From Planctomycetota bacterium (lineage in GTDB: Bacteria; Planctomycetota; UBA8108; SXIK01): a stretch of 64,000 nucleotides of DNA. Both the position numbers and the translations under genes were made by a program. The stretch is taken from positions 6,304,001 to 6,368,000 of the forward strand of contig CBDCXR010000004.1 of assembly GCA_965223845.1 (NCBI GenBank). Direction: 5' to 3'. Shown here in pieces: positions 38,509 through 47,550 of the stretch (position 1 is its first letter; every line of letters begins with the position of its first letter). Under the pieces are notes generated by a model. That model was not told where the DNA came from. It did no database searches and saw only the letters and a program-made list of their open reading frames with translations.

Positions 38509-38802
38509 CTAGAGGTGCCGGCCGACGTCCATGACTTCGTGGAGCACTCGGCGGATGCGGACCTCGTCGTTCGGTGAAAGTGTAGAAGACGACGTGATGC
38601 TCAAGCTTCCTCGACCAGTAACCCGTCCGGAGCGCGTCGCGACGGATTCCGGCGTCTGGGGACTTCGCCAGTTTTCGAATACCTCGATCTAGAATGTCCA
38701 GGTAGCGATCGGCCTGCTTCTCGCTCCAGGTCTCGAAGGTGTAGAGCCAGATTCCGTCAGATCTGCTTCGGCGGCGCTGTCCTTGACCAGCTTCCGCGAC
38801 AT
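38509..38802 (-). pseudogene. parE: RelE/ParE toxin disrupted by two frameshifts
   Basis: MSRKLVKDSAAEADL / GIWLYTFETWSEKQADRYL..HHVVFYTF / DEVRIRRVLHEVMDVGRHL* requires shifts near 38757 and 38570. Confidence 0.85.
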
Positions 38803-38804
38803 TC

Positions 38805-39056
38805 TCAAGTCGCGATCCCCGCGCGCTTACGGGCTTCACGTTTAATGGCGTCGAAGTCGAGAGCCCCGGCGTCTCCGCTGGCTTCGCCTTCGATGAGGGC
38901 TTGGCGCAGCGCGCTCACCTTCTGTTCGTATTCCTCGAGAAGCCGTAGTCCTGCGCGCACGACTTCGCTTGCGCTGCCGTACCGTCCACTCTCGATTTGG
39001 GCGCTGATGAATCGGTTGAAGTGGTCGCCCAGACTCATGCTGGTGTTCTTGGCCAT
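38805..39056 (-). CDS. parD: ParD-family antitoxin (CC2985-type, RHH)
   Basis: MAKNTSMSLGDHFNRFI...SGRYGSASEVVRAGLRLLEE...LIEGEASG, with a GGAGGT RBS. Confidence 0.93.
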   Translation of the reverse strand: MAKNTSMSLGDHFNRFISAQIESGRYGSASEVVRAGLRLLEEYEQKVSALRQALIEGEASGDAGALDFDAIKREARKRAGIAT

Positions 39057-39197
39057 GGCACCTCCTTCACGGGTGGATACCATAGGATACTATCGATTGG
39101 TATCAATGGCTTCCGGTTTCTGCCGGAGGCGGTCCCCCGAGCGCTGGGGGATCAACGGCGCGCGACTCTGGGGTCCGCCGGTCGGTGGGTACTCCCC

Positions 39198-41522
39198 CTA
39201 CTCCACCCTCATCCCCCCGATCCACTCGCGAATGAGCGCGATCGACTCGGGGTGCGCGAGGTTCCGCGCGAGGTTCGGCATGCGGACGCCGAGCTCGTCC
39301 GACTCGAGGCGGTAGAGGAGGATCGACTCGTCGGGCTTTCCCGGGACGATGTCGAATTTCCGGCCGCCGGAGCCTCTTCCCGCTGCGACCGGAGATTTCC
39401 AGACACCGTAGAGACGCGGCTCATTCACGGCGAGTCGCAGGTCGAGCCCGCTCGTTCGCGCCGATCCCTCCGGGCTGTGGCAGTGAGCGCAGTTGACGTC
39501 GAGCCACGCGCGAGCGCGCTCGGCGACGGTGCCGGTCGAGGGATCATCGAACACGGGAGTAGCGGGAACGTCGCTTAGTTCCGGCGCGCCCGTGAGGAGT
39601 CCGGTCGCCGTCCAGTGGGCGAGCTGCTCGCCGTGCTCGGGTTCCTTCTCGAACGGGCGATTCAGATTACCCGCGGTCGGGCCGAGGGGGACGAATCGCC
39701 CGCTCTGGTTGTGACACGTGATGCACTGATTCGCATTCGGGATTTGATACGCGTTCGAGCGCTCCGAACCGTCGTGATGGATCCACCGGACTTCGCGACT
39801 TCCTCCTCCGAGCGCGAGCGCCGCCTCGGTTTCGTCGTCGTTCCAGATGTAAGAAAACCCGTACCATCCGGTGTCCGTGCGGTGCTCGATGCGGGTCTCG
39901 ATCAAACGTTCGCCGGCTTCGGGATGGCGAAGGTCGTGCGGGTAGGTAAACGTCTTCGCGATCACCGTCCCGGCCGGGAACTCGAACACCGAGTTCGGGT
40001 CGTACGCCATCGACTCGCCCGGCGGCAAACGAATGAACCGGTGCTTCGCGGTGTAATCGGAAAAAAGCTGCGTGTTGAGATCGTAGCGAAAGACGCCATC
40101 GGCGGGCGTCTGCGAGCGGCCGTTTCCCTCGAAGAGCGCCCACTCGGAGAGACGCTCGGGTGCGCGGCGGTAGACGAGAACCGCCGGGTTCTCGCTCGCG
40201 CTCGGTGGGGGAAGCGGAGCGAGCTCGACGCGCTCGAGCGGTTCGCTCACGCCCGAGTACGGCGTGGGGTCGCGGTCGATCCGGTGCCGTCCCGAGGCCA
40301 CATTCTCCGCGCTGAAGAGCGGCACATTGGCGTTCGCGAACGACACGTCGCCGTTGTTCGCGAGTCGGAGCGACAACTCTGCCGGGAGCTCCCCATCGAC
40401 GAGCTTCGCCGCGTCCACGATTCCGTCGAAGAAGATCTGCGGGAACGGGCTTCCGATGACATCGGCGAGCAGTGCGGCCAACTCTCCGGCCGGACGATCG
40501 CCGCCGCCCGCGATCATATTGTTGTGGATTGAGACTCCTTCGGGATACGGATCGTAGTTCGGATCCTTGATCGGACGGCCAGTGATCAAGTAACTCACGA
40601 TCGAGATTCCGGAGGTCTGGTTGTCGCGGATTTCGTTCTCGAAGACTTCGACTCGGTCGGAGGCCATGATCATGAGACCCGTTCCCGCTGGAACGCTCGC
40701 GACGATGTTCCCCGCGGGTGCGAAGTTCTCGAGGTTGTTCGCGATCACCTTGTTTCTGAAGACGCGGATGTCCGACCCGTTCGTCACTTGGAGCCCCGGA
40801 AGATCGAAGACGAGGAGTCCGCCGGTGTTTCCGGTCGCGGTGTTTTCGTAGACGTCTGCACGGATCGTGTTCTCGATCTCGATGCCGGCGACGTTTCTCT
40901 CCGCGCGCGAGCGACGAACGACGACGTCGCGCGACTGGCCGACGTAGATCCCGGCGTCCGACGCACCGATCGCGACGCAGTCCTCGATGAGCACGTTCGA
41001 ACACTGAACGGGATAGATTCCGTAGGCGCCGTTCTCTGTGTGCGGTCCGCGCGTCCACTCAGTCCGAACGCCGCGAAAGACGACTCCGTCCGCTCCGAGC
41101 ACCTTGATCGCGTTTCCGGCGCTGTCCTCGACCGCGAGGTGCTCGATGACGAAGGCGTCGCCCGTCGCGACGATGCCCTCGCTCCCGACGTTCTGCTCGC
41201 GGAACGAGAGGATGGTCTCGTCCGCCCCCCGGCCGCGGATCGTGATCCCGTCGGCGATGACGTCGAGTTGACTGGGCAGCCGGTACGTTCCCGCCTCGAG
41301 CTGAATGACATCGCCCGGCACGGCGTCGATGAGGCGCTCTTGGATCTCGTAGCGAGCCCGATCCCCGGGAGCGATGACGTAGACTTGCGGCCGCAATCGG
41401 TTGTCTCGATCGGACGTTCCTCGGCAGCTGAGGACGGAGACGGTTGTCGCCACGCAGACGGCGCTCAATCCAAGAAACCAGTTGCGCGTCCGGCTCTCGC
41501 CGAATCTTAGCGGCTGTTTCAT
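39198..41522 (-). CDS. Lipoprotein fusing a parallel beta-helix (TIGR03805-like) to an SO2930-type diheme cytochrome c (TIGR03806-like)
   Basis: Lipobox VLSC. GAYGIYPV, GASDAGIYVGQS and NVAGIEIEN, then LFSDYTAKHRF, FPAGTVIAKTF, CITCH and NCAHCH. Confidence 0.88.
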   Translation of the reverse strand: MKQPLRFGESRTRNWFLGLSAVCVATTVSVLSCRGTSDRDNRLRPQVYVIAPGDRARYEIQERLIDAVPGDVIQLEAGTYRLPSQLDVIADGITIRGRGADETILSFREQNVGSEGIVATGDAFVIEHLAVEDSAGNAIKVLGADGVVFRGVRTEWTRGPHTENGAYGIYPVQCSNVLIEDCVAIGASDAGIYVGQSRDVVVRRSRAERNVAGIEIENTIRADVYENTATGNTGGLLVFDLPGLQVTNGSDIRVFRNKVIANNLENFAPAGNIVASVPAGTGLMIMASDRVEVFENEIRDNQTSGISIVSYLITGRPIKDPNYDPYPEGVSIHNNMIAGGGDRPAGELAALLADVIGSPFPQIFFDGIVDAAKLVDGELPAELSLRLANNGDVSFANANVPLFSAENVASGRHRIDRDPTPYSGVSEPLERVELAPLPPPSASENPAVLVYRRAPERLSEWALFEGNGRSQTPADGVFRYDLNTQLFSDYTAKHRFIRLPPGESMAYDPNSVFEFPAGTVIAKTFTYPHDLRHPEAGERLIETRIEHRTDTGWYGFSYIWNDDETEAALALGGGSREVRWIHHDGSERSNAYQIPNANQCITCHNQSGRFVPLGPTAGNLNRPFEKEPEHGEQLAHWTATGLLTGAPELSDVPATPVFDDPSTGTVAERARAWLDVNCAHCHSPEGSARTSGLDLRLAVNEPRLYGVWKSPVAAGRGSGGRKFDIVPGKPDESILLYRLESDELGVRMPNLARNLAHPESIALIREWIGGMRVE

Positions 41523-41744
41523 CTTGTGTGCCTCTGTGAACAAGAGGCCGTCCTTTCAAGATCGAGTGGCGGAAGTGCGCGATCGCGCTCTCGATACGAT
41601 ACGAAACCGGCCGTTCGTCGAGCAACAGGCGCTCGTTCGATGAAGAAGCGGCGCGGACGGGATCGAGCCGTCGAGCGTCGAGCGCGGTAGATTCTCGTCC
41701 GCCGCAGGGGATACGATCGCGGCTCCACTTCACGAGCGCCTCTC

Positions 41745-43262
41745 ATGCCCACTAGCGACGACTCCGCCCCCGAATCTCCGGAACCAGACCTGAACGATGC
41801 GGTCGCGACGTCATCGGACGCCGCGCAGAGCTCGTCTTGGTTCCGGCTGCTCGGGGACGCGCTCGCCGGCGTTCAGCACGACTACACTCGCGGGAGCCTC
41901 CCCCGCGCGATCAGCCTTCTCGCGGTGCCGATGGTCCTCGAGATGGTCATGGAGTCCACTTTCGCGATCGTCGACGTCTACTGCGTGAGCCAGCTCGGCG
42001 ACGACGCGGTCGCGACGATCGGACTCACCGAATCCGTACTCACGCTCGTCTTCGCGTTCGCCATCGGTTTCGCCATGGCGACGACGGCTCTCGTCGCCCG
42101 GCGCGTCGGCGAAAAGAACTACGAGGGCGCGAGAAGCGGTGCCAAGCAGGCGATGCTCCTCGGCGCGATCTTCGGGCTCGTGACGGGAGTCCCGGCGGTC
42201 GTCTTCGGACCGGAGATCCTCGCGCTCATGGGCGCGAGTGACGGGGTGCTCGAGACCGGCACGGGGTATACGCGCGTCCTCCTCGGATCGAACATCGTCG
42301 TCGTTCTCCTCTTCATCGGGAACGCGATCTTTCGCGGTGCGGGCGATCCGTTCACTGCGATGAAGGCGCTCTGGCTCGCGAACGGAATCAACATCGTGCT
42401 CGATCCGTGCTTCATCTTCGGCTGGGGGCCGTTCCCCGAGCTGGGGGTCACCGGCGCGGCGGTCGCGAGCACGATCGGGCGCGGCTCGGGAGTCGTGTTC
42501 CTTTTTCTGACTCTGCAAAAGGGACGCGGACACCTCCGGCTCCGTGGACGTTGGCGCGTCGAGCCGAACGTGATGCGAGAGCTCGTTCGCCTCTCCTACG
42601 GCGGCGTGAGCCAATTCCTCATCGCGACGGCGAGCTGGGTCGTCCTCATGAAGATGGTCTCGCCGTTCGGGAGCACCGTCGTCGCGGGTTACACGATTGC
42701 TATTCGCATCGTCGTCTTCGCGTTTCTTCCGTCGTGGGGGCTCAGCAACGCCGCGGCGACGCTCGTCGGACAGAATCTCGGCGCGAAGCAACCGGACCGA
42801 GCCGAGAGATCCGTGTGGATCACCGGTTGGTGGAACATGGTCTTCCTTTCGGTCGTGACGATCGTTTTCGAGGTTTGGGCGCCCCTCCTGATCGGATTCT
42901 TCGCCGAGAGCGAGGCGACGGCCGAAGCGGGGGTCGTCGCGCTCCGCATCCTCGCATCGGGATTCGTCTTCTACTCGTGGGGCCTCGTGCTGATCCAGGC
43001 CTTCAACGGCGCGGGAGATACGGCGACACCGACGCGGATCAACCTCGTCTGCTTCTGGTGCGCGCAGATCCCTTCAGCGTATATCCTCTCGCAGCACGCC
43101 GGCTGGGGACCGCAGGGCGTCTACTGGGCGGTGCCGGGAGCGGAGGCGATTCTCACCGTGATCGCGTTCCAGATCTTCCGCCGCGGGCGGTGGAAGGAGA
43201 CGCAAGTCGGCGGCACCGAGACGAACGGCGAGGAGGGGGACGTGGCGGCGGAGCGGTCGTAA
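41745..43262 (+). CDS. MATE family efflux transporter
   Basis: LAVPMVLEM, RGAGD, NIVLDPCFIFG..PELGVTGAA and LVGQNLGA, with about 12 TMs. Confidence 0.93.
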   Translation: MPTSDDSAPESPEPDLNDAVATSSDAAQSSSWFRLLGDALAGVQHDYTRGSLPRAISLLAVPMVLEMVMESTFAIVDVYCVSQLGDDAVATIGLTESVLTLVFAFAIGFAMATTALVARRVGEKNYEGARSGAKQAMLLGAIFGLVTGVPAVVFGPEILALMGASDGVLETGTGYTRVLLGSNIVVVLLFIGNAIFRGAGDPFTAMKALWLANGINIVLDPCFIFGWGPFPELGVTGAAVASTIGRGSGVVFLFLTLQKGRGHLRLRGRWRVEPNVMRELVRLSYGGVSQFLIATASWVVLMKMVSPFGSTVVAGYTIAIRIVVFAFLPSWGLSNAAATLVGQNLGAKQPDRAERSVWITGWWNMVFLSVVTIVFEVWAPLLIGFFAESEATAEAGVVALRILASGFVFYSWGLVLIQAFNGAGDTATPTRINLVCFWCAQIPSAYILSQHAGWGPQGVYWAVPGAEAILTVIAFQIFRRGRWKETQVGGTETNGEEGDVAAERS

Positions 43263-43410
43263 TCCTTCGATCCACCGGGCGCGGCGAAGTACGGTGGGCG
43301 GCAATCAGCCGCCGCGTTCGCATGCTCCGTTGGGTCTATCCCGGATTTCTCACCGGACTCGGTGAGCGAAGCGGCGAGACTTCGCAGGGCAAGAAGGTTG
43401 TTGATCGAGG

Positions 43411-43707
43411 ATGCACCCTCTCGTCCAAGTCATCGTCGTTCTGATCTTCGGTGCGTTCTTCATCTGGGCGCTCGTTCCGAAGCCCGTCTTCGTCATCGCG
43501 ATTCGGAACGGCGAGATCCTCGTGAAGAAGGGAAAGGTGCCGCACCAGTTTCTTCGCTTCTGTCTCGAGCTCGCGGAGGCCGAGGGTCTTCCCGATTCGA
43601 CCATTCGAGGCTTTCGCGCCGCCCGCGGAATCGGCCTGAGATTCTCTCGCAGCCTGCCGCATGAGTATCACCAACGACTGCGCAACAGTTGGTCCTCGCA
43701 CGGATAG
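43411..43707 (+). CDS. Small membrane-anchored protein (DUF3634-like)
   Basis: N-terminal TM, F.I.IRNG...KGKVP and LRFSRSLP..HQRLRN.W, with a GAGG RBS. Confidence 0.75.
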   Translation: MHPLVQVIVVLIFGAFFIWALVPKPVFVIAIRNGEILVKKGKVPHQFLRFCLELAEAEGLPDSTIRGFRAARGIGLRFSRSLPHEYHQRLRNSWSSHG

Positions 43708-43735
43708 TCGAAATCGACTCGTTCCTCGTGCGGCA

Positions 43736-43811
43736 CTCACCCACCCACCCACACCCTCTCTCTCTGCTTCCTCTCCCTTCGCGGCCCCTTCGCGCACTTC
43801 GAGTGCAACTC
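43736..43811. repeat. Pyrimidine tract + CTTCGYG repeat copy 3
   Basis: cacccacccacccacaccctctctctc...ccttcgcggccccttcgcgcacttcgagtgcaactc, closely matching 9512-9546. Confidence 0.65.
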
Positions 43812-43835
43812 TTCGCCCCGAGCAGACCATACGTC

Positions 43836-46319
43836 TCAAACCCGAAACTCGATCGCCAGTCCCAACTCGAGCGGATCGAAAAGCTCGGGATGCGTCGGAA
43901 ACAGCCGCAGCGACGTCGACCCCGGTGAGCGCCCGCGGAGGACACCCGCGACGCGAATCCGGTAGAGCCCCGGCCCGAGCTCCTTTTCGATCGTGATCCC
44001 GTGCGCATCGCCCTTTTCGTCTAGGCACACGAGGTACGCGGGATCGATTCCACCGAGATAAGCTTCGCCGCGCCAGCTTCCCTTCGGTCCGGCCTCCCCG
44101 CCTCGAAGGTGGACGGTCGACCAGCTCGCCCCGACGCGCTCCGCCCAGCCGGTGAGATCGCGGGCGACCCGTCCGCGCTGCGCCCCGACCCTTCGGCCGT
44201 ACGCCGCCGCCGGCTTGTAGAACCGTTCGGCGTACTCGACGACCATTCGGTTGCTGCTGAACTCGGGGACTAGCTTCACCATCGAAGCCTTCACCTTCTT
44301 GAGCCACGCGGCGGGGATGCCCGTACTCGTTCGGTCGTAGTAAAGCGGAACGACCTCCTTCTCGAGGACGCGGTAGAGATCGCGGACGTCGTCTTCGTCT
44401 TGCTCGTCCGGGTCGTCGTAGGGGACGGGACGGCCGAAAGCCCAGCCCGTATCCTCCGCGTAGCCTTCTTCCCACCAGCCGTCGAGGATGCTGACGTTCA
44501 GGCCTGCGTTCACCGGAACTTTCTGTCCGCTCGTCCCGCTCGCCTCGAGAGGCCGGCGCGGATTGTTGAGCCACACGTCGACGCCGCGCACCATGTAGCG
44601 GCAGACTTCGGTGTCGTAGTTCTCGAGCACGACGACGCGACCCCGAAACTCTCGCCGGCGCGCGAGGCGAGCGACCTCTTCGTAGAGTCGCTTTCCTTCC
44701 GGGTCTTCGGGATGCGGCTTCCCCGCGAAGATGATTTGCACCGGGCGCCGCTTTGATCCGAAGATCTTGGCCGCGCGCTTCACGTCGCGGAAGATCAGAG
44801 CCGCACGCTTGTAGAGTGCGAATCGGCGAGCGAAGCCGATCGTAAACGCGTCCGGGTCGAGGAGCTTTTCGACGTGCGCGCGTCGCCGCTTCTCGCTCCA
44901 CCCTTCGCGTGCGAGTCGCGCGTCCTCGCGAGCGCGAACGAACTCGACGAGGTCACGCTTCAGCTTCTCTTTCGCGCGCCACAATGCCGCGTTCGGGATC
45001 TTTCGCGCGCCGGCGAACGACTTCGGGTCCGAGCTGCTCAGCCGAGCGGCCCAGTCTGCGCCGACGTGCTCGGCGAGAAGGTCTTCGATCTCCGGAGCGA
45101 CCCAATCGGCCGTGTGAACGCCGTTCGTCACGGAGCTGATCGGCGTCTCTTCGTCGAGACAGGAGGGCCAGAGGAACGACCACATCGATCGTGCCACCGC
45201 GCCGTGGAGCGCGCTCACGCCGTTTCGAAGTCGAGAGAGGCGCAGTGCGAGCACGGTCATGCTGAACACGGGAGTCCCGTCGCTCGAATGATCGAGTCCG
45301 AGATCGAGGAAATCGTCGATCGCGAGTCCGGCGCGCTCCGCGTAGTCCGCGAGGTAGGCGCGGACGAGCGCGGGATCGAACACCTCGTTCCCTTCGGGAA
45401 CCGGCGTGTGCGTCGTGAACACCGTGTCCGCGGCGATCGCTTCGAGACCCTCGGGCGGCGTGAGATCGCTCTCGCGACGGACGCGCTCGAGCCTCTCGAG
45501 AGCGAGGAAGGCGACGTGTCCCTCGTTGAGGTGCCAGACGCTCGGTGAGATGCCGAGAGCCTCGAGTGCGCGTACACCGCCGATCCCGAGGAGGACCTCC
45601 TGGCGGATGCGGTCCTCGCGTGTACCGCCGTAGAGATAGTGCGTGATCGACCGGTGCCGCGGCTTGTTCTCAGGAATGTCGGTGTCGAGGAGGTAGAGCG
45701 GAACCTGGCCGACCTCGATCTTCCAGACTTTCGCGCGGACGACACCGTCGGGGAGCTCGACGGCGACGCGCAGCTCGGAGCGCCCCGTGCGCACGGGCGA
45801 CGCGGGGATCGTCTCGAAGTCGAGACGCGGGTAGAGGACCTTCATCTCTCCGCCCGACGTGAGGTGCTGGCGAAAGTAGCCGCGGCGATAGAGGATGCCC
45901 ACGCCGACGAGCGGCACGCCTTCTTCACTCGTCGATTTCAGGTGGTCACCGGCGAGGATGCCGAGCCCGCCCGCGTAGATCGGGAGCGACTCGTGGAGGC
46001 CAAACTCCATCGAGAAGTACGCGACGGGCTTCTTCCACGACATCGATGGGATCTTCGAGCGTGGTTTTCGCGCCGCGCGGAACCGCCGGAGGACGGATCG
46101 GCAGAGACGCATCGTCTCGGCGTCGCCGCCGAGGCCTTTCAGCACTCGCGGGGAGAGGGAGCGCGCGAGGGCGAGGGGATTCCGCGCGAGATCGCTCGCC
46201 CGCCGCGGCGACGCCGCGTGCGCGACGCGACGCCAGAGCTCGCGCGCGTCGTTGTTCCAGCTCCACCAGAGATTCCCCGCGAGCTCCTCGAGCTCGCCCG
46301 CCAGCTTGTGCGGCTCCAT
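43836..46319 (-). CDS. glgP: Alpha-glucan (glycogen/maltodextrin) phosphorylase
   Basis: YFSMEFGL..YAGGLGILAGDH, HLNEGH, FARRFALYKR and the PLP motif EASGTSGQK. GGAGGTGA RBS before the ATG at 46319. Confidence 0.95.
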   Translation of the reverse strand: MEPHKLAGELEELAGNLWWSWNNDARELWRRVAHAASPRRASDLARNPLALARSLSPRVLKGLGGDAETMRLCRSVLRRFRAARKPRSKIPSMSWKKPVAYFSMEFGLHESLPIYAGGLGILAGDHLKSTSEEGVPLVGVGILYRRGYFRQHLTSGGEMKVLYPRLDFETIPASPVRTGRSELRVAVELPDGVVRAKVWKIEVGQVPLYLLDTDIPENKPRHRSITHYLYGGTREDRIRQEVLLGIGGVRALEALGISPSVWHLNEGHVAFLALERLERVRRESDLTPPEGLEAIAADTVFTTHTPVPEGNEVFDPALVRAYLADYAERAGLAIDDFLDLGLDHSSDGTPVFSMTVLALRLSRLRNGVSALHGAVARSMWSFLWPSCLDEETPISSVTNGVHTADWVAPEIEDLLAEHVGADWAARLSSSDPKSFAGARKIPNAALWRAKEKLKRDLVEFVRAREDARLAREGWSEKRRRAHVEKLLDPDAFTIGFARRFALYKRAALIFRDVKRAAKIFGSKRRPVQIIFAGKPHPEDPEGKRLYEEVARLARRREFRGRVVVLENYDTEVCRYMVRGVDVWLNNPRRPLEASGTSGQKVPVNAGLNVSILDGWWEEGYAEDTGWAFGRPVPYDDPDEQDEDDVRDLYRVLEKEVVPLYYDRTSTGIPAAWLKKVKASMVKLVPEFSSNRMVVEYAERFYKPAAAYGRRVGAQRGRVARDLTGWAERVGASWSTVHLRGGEAGPKGSWRGEAYLGGIDPAYLVCLDEKGDAHGITIEKELGPGLYRIRVAGVLRGRSPGSTSLRLFPTHPELFDPLELGLAIEFRV

Positions 46320-46482
46320 CGCCGTCACCTCCCCCCGATCTCTCGCGCTCGCGTTTTCCGAGCCCCGGACGATGCGATGCCGAGCGCGCCGCACACGCAT
46401 ATCGGATGTTCGGGGCTTCGAAGGGTCGAACTTGAACGGATTCCGCCCGGTGAGAAGCCGGCACGGAACGGCGAGGTCCGGA

Positions 46483-46521
46483 ACACAAACACGCCGGCGG
46501 TCCGAAGGGGACCGCCGGCGT
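46483..46521 (-). terminator. Probable terminator of the PEP-CTERM gene
   Basis: 13-bp perfect stem ACGCCGGCGGTCC/GGACCGCCGGCGT, followed on the minus strand by GTTTGTGTT. Confidence 0.65.
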
Positions 46522-46577
46522 CGAGTGTCGTAAGAATCGGCTGCCGAGATTGGATCTCGGCGCGCGTGGAGGGAGCC

Positions 46578-47222
46578 TCAGTCTTCCTGGCTTTCGGCCG
46601 CCTTCCGTCGCCGTCGCCGCGCCGCGAACGCGCCGAACGCGAGCGAGACACCGCCGAGTACCATCGTTCCGGGCTCGGGCATCGCGACCGCCGTGACGAA
46701 GCTCTCGCGGAAGCCGCCTTCGAACTCCTTCACGTGGAGCCCGACGCGGAGCGCGCCATCGCGAAGCGCCGCGAGGACGTCGTCGAAGTCGCCGCCGTTC
46801 ACCTGAAAGAGGGCGCCGAGCTTCTCGCCGGTGTTCACGCGGCCTTCGATGGTCTCGGCACGCGAGCGGAACGACTCCTGAAAGTCGACGGCGTCGCCGC
46901 CCGGGAGGTCCAACATTCCGCCCTCGCGGAACTCGACCGCGGGCGGGGAGTTGTGGAATTCTGCGAACGAGAGGAGACCGCTGCGATCGTCCAGCATGAA
47001 GTTGTGGACGGCCATTCGATACTGACCATCGTTGCAGATGTTGAAGAGGACGAGGCCGTCCCCTGCGTCGGTGATCTCGACGCTCAGCTGAGCTTCGCCC
47101 GCGGCGATCGCGTTGCCGCTCGGGTCGCCGTAGGGATTGGTGATGCCGTGGAGGCCAAAGGTCTCGGCGGCTGCTGGCGTTGCGACCAGGGTCAGCGCCG
47201 CGAGCATGAGAACAGAACGCAT
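46578..47222 (-). CDS. PEP-CTERM sorting domain protein
   Basis: Signal peptide MRSVLMLAALTLVATPAAA and C-terminal MPEPGTMVLGGVSLAFGAFAARRRRRK. Confidence 0.9.
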   Translation of the reverse strand: MRSVLMLAALTLVATPAAAETFGLHGITNPYGDPSGNAIAAGEAQLSVEITDAGDGLVLFNICNDGQYRMAVHNFMLDDRSGLLSFAEFHNSPPAVEFREGGMLDLPGGDAVDFQESFRSRAETIEGRVNTGEKLGALFQVNGGDFDDVLAALRDGALRVGLHVKEFEGGFRESFVTAVAMPEPGTMVLGGVSLAFGAFAARRRRRKAAESQED

Positions 47223-47474
47223 CGAGGGCTCCTTGAAAACAGGGGGCGAGAGGGAGAGATCTGGTGGATAGTCTCCCACTTCCAACTCCCGTACCTGACT
47301 CAGGGATCTCCCGATAGTTTCTCTAACTGATTCTGAAGCTGTGGTTTAGGGCGCACGGGATCGATGGCAGCGAGCGCCGGTGGTCTCCGGCGGCCTGTCG
47401 AGATGTCCATGTTCGGTACAGTGCTGGAATCGGAACACTCGAGGGCCCCCGGTGCGCCCGGGGCGGATGTACAC

Positions 47475-47518
47475 AAAGAAAACGGGCGGGAAGACGATCG
47501 AAATCGCCTTCCCGCCCG
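47475..47518 (-). terminator. Rho-independent terminator of the Cys-repeat gene
   Basis: Stem CGGGCGGGAAG..CGAT/ATCG..CTTCCCGCCCG, followed on the minus strand by TTTTCTTT, about 30 nt after the stop. Confidence 0.75.
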
Positions 47519-47550
47519 CTACCGGTCTTCCGGCCCGGAACTCGACGTGA

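Noticed and set aside
25050-39100. Integron cassette array suggested by TA pairs and orphan ORFs
   Set aside because: Gene orientations are mixed, no convincing attC sites, and no integrase.
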